Shown here piece by piece: positions 48,505 through 64,000 of a stretch of DNA of 64,000 nucleotides; position 1 is the stretch's first letter; every line of letters starts with the position of its first letter. The notes below the pieces were generated by a model. That model saw only the letters and a program-made list of their open reading frames with translations. It was not told where the DNA came from and ran no database searches. Position numbers and translations under genes: made by a program. Source of the stretch: the human T2T-CHM13v2.0 reference genome, Homo sapiens; assembly GCF_009914755.1 (NCBI RefSeq), contig NC_060929.1; one strand, 5' to 3'.

Positions 48505-48688
48505 GTAACATTAGCCACTAGCGACATGTGGTTATTTAAATGAAATTAAAGACTGACTCAGTACCTCAGCTGCACTATCACATTTCATGTGCTCAAGAGC
48601 CACATGTGCCTAGTGGCTATCATGCGGGACTGTACAGACACAGAATACTTCCATCACCATAGAAAGTTCTGTTGGATAGTACTCCTCT
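48505..48688. mobile_element. hAT-Charlie MITE (MER3-like)
   Basis: TAGCCACTAGCGACATGTGG ... CCACATGTGCCTAGTGGCTA internal symmetry; CATAGAAAGTTCTGTTGGATAG end. Confidence 0.75.
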
Positions 48689-49089
48689 AAAAGGTTTCTT
48701 TTCCATTTTGTTTTTACAATTTATTTATTGAAGAAACTCTGTCATTTGTTCTGTAGATTACCAGAGCCTGGATTTTGCTGATTTTTCTTGCTTTCTTTTA
48801 AATTGATTATTTTTTATTGGTCCTCCCTGAGCCTGAACACTAGCCTAAAAGTTCACACTCTTTCACTATTCTTTTAGGGGTTAACCCTATGTACTTAACC
48901 TTCAGATACTTCATTTTCTACATTTGTAAAACAGGTTTAACAGTAGTACCTACCTCACAGAGTTGTAAGAGCTGTTTATATTGAAAGCATTTAAAATAGT
49001 GCCTGGCAATTAGTATGTTCTCTACAAGTATTTTCTGTATTTAATACATTCCAAAGGTTTTGACATTAGTCAGACACCAGCCACATTTA

Positions 49090-49275
<186 letters not shown>

Positions 49276-49512
49276 TTAGTTTACAGTGACTTTCAAAATC
49301 AGACTTTTATGTACCAGTAATTACACGAAGCATTACTGCCTTTACGAACAGTGTTGTTCATAAAAATGAAAATATAGAAAGTTGACATTTTAGATTTCAA
49401 ACAATTACCTCTATTACAGCTGTTTTATTTTCTACATATTGTTTTTACTACTAACAGCTATTCCATTAAAAATCTCAAATCACTAGGTACATAAATAACA
49501 AAAACAGAATTA

Positions 49513-49674
<162 letters not shown>

Positions 49675-49925
49675 TTAAAAAAACAAAACAAAACAAAACA
49701 AAAGAGTAATTTCTCACGGATCCACCTGATTATCCTCAGTCTATGATATCAATAATTGAAGTATTCCTCTGTCATAGAATATCTGTATAGCGTAGGTCTT
49801 TTCTAAGTATGAGAATCTTCTTTTCCATTGACAACTGTGTGTGTGTGTGTGTTTTAATCTCATTTATTTGATATTCATTTTGATACCTGCTGTTCTCCTC
49901 AAAGTCATTTCATGTCTAAACTTAC

Positions 49926-49999
49926 GAAAGTCCGGCAAGGGTACTGATGGATGCACCAGCTCGTGGTCGCTGAAGCCTGGTTCCAAGACCATATTTGTC
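49926..49999 (-). CDS. DCTN4: DCTN4 exon 6 (DKYGLGTRLQ...LAGL)
   Basis: TAG acceptor, GTAAGT donor, 74 nt. Confidence 0.97.
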
Positions 50000-50395
50000 C
50001 TAAACAAAGTTCAGAAATTCCTATTAGAAAGTCCACTTTTACACACCCTATTTATCAAAAGAAAGAATTTTGGGTAGGATAGCATGAGAAGCTCAGGGAA
50101 ATAAGCAAAAAAAAAGCTAATCTAAAGGCTTCTTTTAAAGAAAGCAATTTGTAGCCCCACATCATTATTCTATTCTTAAAATAATAACAGCACTAAACAT
50201 GGAGATTGAAACTATATTAATACAGTAAAAATGAACCAAATGTGAGCTTCTGCTAGTAATCTAAAAGTATCTAAGCTACGGCTCAGGCAAGAACTATGTG
50301 GAGTGTCTAAGATACACAACAGACGTCTTCCTGGAACACCAGTGGTCATCTGCTAACTTCTTCAGGGTCAGCAAGAATCATAAAGGAGAACTTAC

Positions 50396-50416
50396 CACTA
50401 CATGAATAGTATGTTG
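50396..50416 (-). CDS. DCTN4: DCTN4 21-nt cassette microexon (QHTIHVV; 467-aa isoform)
   Basis: CTACAG|CAACATACTATTCATGTAGTG|GTAAGT; frame-preserving; matches the 7-aa insert of the long p62 isoform. Confidence 0.92.
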
Positions 50417-50663
50417 CTGTAGAGCCCCAAAATAGCAGCAGGTTGCAACAGAGACAAAAAATGCAGCATAAGATAGAAGCAAACGCATATAGCAGGCAGG
50501 TTATATGGGAAAATTGGAAGAATAATTCATTTAATTCAAATTCTACCTCTAAATATAACACACATTGGTGCATATGCTGACTATACCACTGGACTATTCA
50601 GAAAAATTCACTTCTTTTTGCAAATGTAGGTGCTTTGCAAGTGTTAATGTTTTTAAATTCTAA

Positions 50664-51012
<349 letters not shown>

Positions 51013-51862
51013 TAACTAATTTTCATGTGGATGCAGTATGACAAGTTGCTTAACTAGGTCCCATTTCCTCAAGCGTAAAATGGGGATATGATACTCCACA
51101 GGATTTTTGTGAGGATTAAGTAAAGTAATACATGTAAAGTGTTTATTTAGCACAGAGCTTGACACATCATTGCCATTCAATAAATGTTATTTATTGAATG
51201 TCAATTTGCTGGGCCCCAAGCAAGCACACAGAAAACAAACTGTACTATGAGAGCAAATAAAACTCGGGGTAAAATAACAAAAATTCCAAATCCTAATTTC
51301 TTTCTTCTTACTAGCAGTACGTAAACTGGTAGAGAATGACTCTCATAAATAATTCTTATCAAAAATTCTACTTGCATATATTACTATTTAACCACACAAG
51401 TGCACTATGTAAAAAGTCAGTGTTTTTCATCTTGGAGAAACAGGGGAGGATGTTAAAAAAATTATAACTAAAGCTGAGAAACCACTACTGCCAGGATGTC
51501 AAAGGTGGGCTACAGGGGTAATATGACTGAAATCTACCATTTGCCCACCTCCTTCTTCTCAGACTTTCTGTAATACACAAAAGCTGTACGTGGAACTCTG
51601 CAGTGCCTACAAAATTAACAGCCTTTCTGGGGAAATAATCAGAAGATAAAGGGGAGTGATGGAGAAAGAAACACAAATGTCCTCAAAACACAAATAACTC
51701 AAACAGAACTAATGATATAGCAAAAGCCTAACTATTGGACTTAAACGTCTATAATTTGAAGAATCCCTCTCTCTGATATCCACCATTCAGGAATCTAGGA
51801 CAATGGCCATTTTCTGAAATGATCACTGTTCTTAGGCCTTAGAGGTCTTGCAAATCATTTTA

Positions 51863-52048
<186 letters not shown>

Positions 52049-52418
52049 CTACACTGACTAGACACATAATGAATAGAGAAGACAAATTATTAAGATGGGC
52101 AAGTTTGCCCTTTTTCTTCTAAGATAATTTTTCTTCGTTATGTGATCTGTTTTCCGAAGTGAAATGGAAAACTGAAGTTCAAGGATGGGAAGAAATGGGC
52201 AATGAAGAGGCTTGGAAATTTTTTGCTCTCTAACTTCATTACTTATTTCCCCTCACAACTGCTCTTATTTTTTTTCTGCATGGCCACAGGACCACTTATT
52301 TCTAAGAACATAGCATTTTATACTGTATTTTATTCCCCAACTCCATCACACTTTTTAATTTTTAAAATACATTTTAATTATAAAAGCAATACATATTAAT
52401 CATAAAAAGTTCAAACCA

Positions 52419-52609
52419 GGATGGGCACAGTGGCTCACGCCTACAATTCCAGCACTTTGGGAGGCTGAAGTGGGTAGATCACTTGGGGCCAGGAGTTCAA
52501 AACCAGCCTGGACAACAGAGTGAGACCTTGTCTCTATAAAAAAATGCAAAAATTAGCTGGGCATGGTGGTGTATGCCTATAGTCCCAGCTACTCAAGAGG
52601 ATGAGGTGG
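52419..52609 (+). mobile_element. AluJ-like 5' part, interrupted by the L1PB
   Basis: Alu left arm and start of right arm; left TSD AAAAAGTTCAAAC 52404-52416. Confidence 0.9.
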
Positions 52610-59704
<7,095 letters not shown>

Positions 59705-59907
59705 CTATACACATGAAAAGAATAAAAAGCAAAACTTCTCTTTTATCCCTTCTGCCCAAGTTGACTTTTCTACTCATTAGAGGTATCAACTATTACTGGT
59801 TTAGATATCTTTCTTACTCAGAGAAACAAATATATTATATTTTGCATATATTTTAAAATACTTGTGTGTAGATGTATAGCTTTGATGTGTATAAAAATAC
59901 ATACTTA

Positions 59908-60385
<478 letters not shown>

Positions 60386-60623
60386 TGATGCACAATTCAA
60401 ATACAGAACTAAAGCTACACCTAGGATTCTCCATTATCTTAAGTCATTTGGAAAAAAGTGACAGTGTATTTCAATGTCTTACAATGAGAAGCACTGTCTA
60501 TGTGCAAAGACGTATTATGGACTTATAAACACAGCTCATATCTACCCATAAAATGCAAGATCTTCAGTCTTTTACTCAATTTTTTCCGATTTCATCCTCT
60601 CTCTCTTATGACCCTTTACTTAC

Positions 60624-60667
60624 CCGTTGTGTGTGAGGATTTTCAGGTTCCTGCCAACCGCCACTAG
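60624..60667 (-). CDS. DCTN4: DCTN4 exon 4 (SGGWQEPENPHTQR); exons 1-3 lie beyond the window
   Basis: TAG acceptor, GTAAGT donor, 44 nt, phase 1/0; matches dynactin p62. Confidence 0.96.
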
Positions 60668-60869
60668 CTACAAAATAAAAGAATATTAAACAAGACTTTC
60701 ATAATGTGATAATTTTATTTTCATAAAACAAGTCTTCTGTAGGCCATAAAAAGAAACTTAAAACATAAGTTATATAGACCATTCTGGTCTATATAACTAT
60801 AGACTATAATGTTCAGAACAAAATTTTAAGAAAACATCTAATGATGGTGATAACAATCACCAATGCACA

Positions 60870-61085
60870 GCCACTGTGCCAGGCACTTGAAATGTATTAC
60901 ATTTCCTTTTATTCTCATAACAACCCTCTGAGGTAAGGACTCTTATTAGTCTCATTTTATATATGAGGAAACTGAGGCTCAGAGATGTTAAATAACTTGC
61001 TCAAAGTCACACGGAGAGTAAGTGGTAAAGCCAGGATTCAAACTCAGTCTGACTCCGGAGACTTTGCTCTTATCTGTAACACTGT
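60870..61085. mobile_element. MIR
   Basis: Core CATTTTATATATGAGGAAACTGAGGCTCAGAGATGTTAAATAACTTGCTCAAAGTCACAC. Confidence 0.85.
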
Positions 61086-62342
61086 GCATTTTCTAAGTTC
61101 TATGACCTTGGCTTAGAGAAGAATTTCTTACGTAAGAAGCACACAGCATAAATCACAAAGGAAAAGATTATTCAAGAAAACTGAAAGTACTGAAAGTAAA
61201 ACTATAATGAACACTTTTAACAAATGGTGCTGCAACAATGGAATATCCACACATCAAAAACAAAACAAAAACCTCAAAAACCAAAAACCAAAAGGACCCT
61301 TACTTCAACAACATTTACAAAATTTACCTTGAAAAGAGCAAGACTTAGGAGGAGCCAAGATGGCCGAATAGGAACAGCTCCGGTCTACAGCTCCCAGCGT
61401 GACCGACGCAGAAGACGGGTGATTTCTGCATTTCCATCTGAGGTACTGGGTTCATCTCACTAGGGAGTGCCAGACAGTGGGTGCAGGACAGTGGGTGCAG
61501 CGCACCGTGCGCCAGCCGAAGCAGGGCAAGGCATTGCCTCACTTGGGAAGCGCAAGGGATCAGGGAGTTCCCTTTCCTGGTCAAGGAAAGGGGTGACAGA
61601 CGGCACCTGGAAAATCGGGCCACTCCCACCCGAATACTGCGCTTTTCCAACAGGCTTAGGAAACGGCGCACCAGGAGATTATATCCTGCACCTGGCTCGG
61701 AGGGTCCTACGCCCACGGAGTCTCACTGATTGCTAGCACAGCAGTCTGAGATAAAACTGCAAGGTGGCAGTGAGGCTGGGGGAGGGGCGCCTGCCATTGC
61801 CCAGGCTTGCTTAGGTAAAAAAAAGCAGCCACAGCTCAAGGAGGCCTGCCTGCCTCTGTAGGCTCCACCTCTCGGGGCAGGGCACAGACAAACAAAAAGA
61901 CAGCAGTAACCTCTGCAGACTTAAATGTCCCTGTCTGACAGCTTTGAGCAGAGCAGTGGTTCTCCCAGCACGCAGCTGGAGATCTGAGAACGGGCAGACT
62001 GCCTCCTCAAGTGGGTCCCTGACCTCTGACCCCCGAGCAGCCTAACTGGGAGGCACCCTCCAGTAGGGGCAGACTGACACCTCACACGGCCGGGTACTCC
62101 TCTGAGACAAAACTTCCAGAGGAACGATCAGACAGCAGCATTCGCGATTCACGAAAATCTGTGGTTCTGCAGACACCACTGCTGATACCCAGGCAAACGG
62201 GGACTGAAGTGGACCTCTAGCAAACTCCAACAGACCTGCAGCTGAGGGTCCTGTCTGTTAGAAGGAAAACTAACAAACAGAAAGGACATCCACATCTGTA
62301 CATCACCATCATCAAAGACCAAAAGTAGATAAAATCACAAAG

Positions 62343-63359
62343 ATGGGGAAAAAACAGAGCAGAAAAACTGGAAACTCTAAAAAGCAGAGCACCTCTCCTC
62401 CTCCAAAGGAAAGCAGCTCCTCACCAGCAACGGAACAAAGCTGGATGGAGAATGACTTTGACGAGTTGAGAGAAGAAGGCTTCAGACAATCAAACTACTC
62501 CGAGCTACAGGAGGAAATTCGAACCAAAGGCAAAGAAGTTGAAAACTTCGAAAAAAATTTAGACGAATGTATAACTAGAATAACCAATACAGAGAAGTGC
62601 TTAAAGGAGCTGATGGAGCTGAAAGCCAAGGCTCGAGAACTACATGAAGAATGCAGAAGCCTCAGGAGTCGATGCGATCAACTGGAAGAAAGGGTATCAG
62701 TGACGGAAGATGAAATGAATGAAATGAAGCGAGAAGGGAAGTTTAGAGAAAAAAGAATAAAAAGAAACGAACAAAGCCTCCAAGAAATATGGGACTATGT
62801 GAAAAGACCAAATCTACGTCTGATTGGTGTACCTGAAAGTGATGGGGAGAATGGAACCAAGTTGGAAAACACTCTGCAGGATATTATCCAGGAGAACTTC
62901 CCCAATCTAGCAAGGCAGGCCAACATTCAGATTCAGGAAATACAGAGAATGCCACAAAGATACTCCTCAAGAAGAGCAACTCCAAGACACATAATTGTCA
63001 GATTCACCAAAGTTGAAATGAAAGAAAAAACTTAAAGGGCAGCCAGAGAGAAAGGTCAGGTTACCCACAAAGGGAAGCCCATCAGACTAACAGCGGATCT
63101 CTCAGCAGAAACTCTACAAGCCAGAAGAGAGTGGGGGCCAATATTCAACATTCTTAAAGACAAGAATTTTCAACCCAGAATTTCATATCCAGCCAAACTA
63201 AGCTTCATAAGTGAAGGAGAAATAAAATACTTTACAGACAAGCAAATGATGAGAGATTTTGTCGCCACCAGGCCTGCCCTAAAAGAGCTCCTGAAAGAAG
63301 CACTAAACATGGAAAGGCACAACCGGTACCAGCCGCTGCAAAATCATGCCAAAATGTAA
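62343..63359 (+). pseudogene. L1 ORF1p (338-codon frame) broken by one in-frame TAA at 63033-63035
   Basis: ORF track 62343..63035; same frame continues RAAREKG...HAKM* to TAA 63357-63359. Confidence 0.93.
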
Positions 63360-63422
63360 AGACCATCGAGACTAGGAAGAAACTGCATCAACTAACGAGC
63401 AAAATAACCAGCTAACATCATC

Positions 63423-64000
63423 ATGACAGGATCAAATTCACACACAACAATATTAACTTTAAATGTTAATGGACTAAATGCTCCAATTAAAAGACACAGA
63501 CTGGCAAATTGGATAAAGAGTCAAGACCCATCAGTGTGCTGTATTCAGGAAACCCATCTCACATGCAGAGACACACACAGGCTCAAAATAAAAGGATGGA
63601 GGAAGATCTACCAAGCAAATGGAAAACAAAAAAAGGCAGGGGTTGCAATCCTAGTCTCTGATAAAACAGACTTTAAACCAACAAGGATCAAAAGAGACAA
63701 AGAAGGCCATTACATAATGGTAAAGGGATCAATTCAACAAGAAGCGCTAACTATCCTAAATATATATGCACCCAATACAGGAGCACCCAGATTCATAAAG
63801 CAAGTCCTGAGTGACCTACAAAGAGACTTAGACTCCCACACAATAATAATGGGAGACTTTAACACCCCACTGTCAACATTAGACAGATCAACGAGACAGA
63901 AAGTTAACAAGGATACCCAGGAATTGAACTCAGCTCTGCACCAACCAGACCTTATAGACATCTACAGAACTCTCCACCCCAAATCAACAGAATATACATT
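63423..64000 (+). CDS. L1 ORF2p APE-endonuclease domain, open to the window edge
   Basis: ATG ACA GGA TCA AAT...; motifs LNVNGLN, CCIQETH, NIYAPN, GDFNTPL in one frame with no stop seen. Confidence 0.85.
   Translation, partial: MTGSNSHTTILTLNVNGLNAPIKRHRLANWIKSQDPSVCCIQETHLTCRDTHRLKIKGWRKIYQANGKQKKAGVAILVSDKTDFKPTRIKRDKEGHYIMVKGSIQQEALTILNIYAPNTGAPRFIKQVLSDLQRDLDSHTIIMGDFNTPLSTLDRSTRQKVNKDTQELNSALHQPDLIDIYRTLHPKSTEYT

Larger units (their letters stand above)
61348..64000 (+). mobile_element. LINE-1, L1PA3/L1PA4-like, 5' portion (5'UTR, ORF1, start of ORF2), runs off the window
   Basis: GGAGGAGCCAAGATGGCCGAATAGG 5' end with YY1 site; ~1 kb 5'UTR; ORF1 MGKKQ...; ORF2 MTGSNSH... Confidence 0.97.

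Overview
Human (primate) genomic DNA, recognisable as the RBM22-DCTN4 locus (chr5q33.1, from gene identity). Both genes lie on the minus strand. RBM22 (spliceosomal NTC-related factor, Cwc2/Ecm2 homologue) is complete: 11 coding exons from ATG 19494 to TAG 10264 sum to 1263 nt (420 aa), with a CpG-island promoter near 19.5 kb and a 3'UTR ending near 9.3 kb. DCTN4 (dynactin p62) is present from exon 4 (60667) to the stop (29657), plus a 21-nt cassette microexon and a ~2.4 kb 3'UTR; exons 1-3 lie beyond the right edge. The remainder is interspersed repeats: many Alus, a full-length decayed L1PB nested in an AluJ, the 5' part of an L1PA3/4-type element, ERV1 LTR/env remnants and DNA-transposon fossils. 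The most unusual structure is in DCTN4 intron 8: a ~2.5 kb TSD-flanked, AATAAA-terminated, 3'UTR-like retrocopy splitting an old L1. It carries a near-perfect ~70 bp non-Alu inverted repeat whose loop contains a candidate 58-nt stop-containing exon. Also notable are a GC-AG intron and a 192-nt stop-free in-frame intron in RBM22. Repeat subfamily names are from recall of consensus sequences, and repeat boundaries are approximate.
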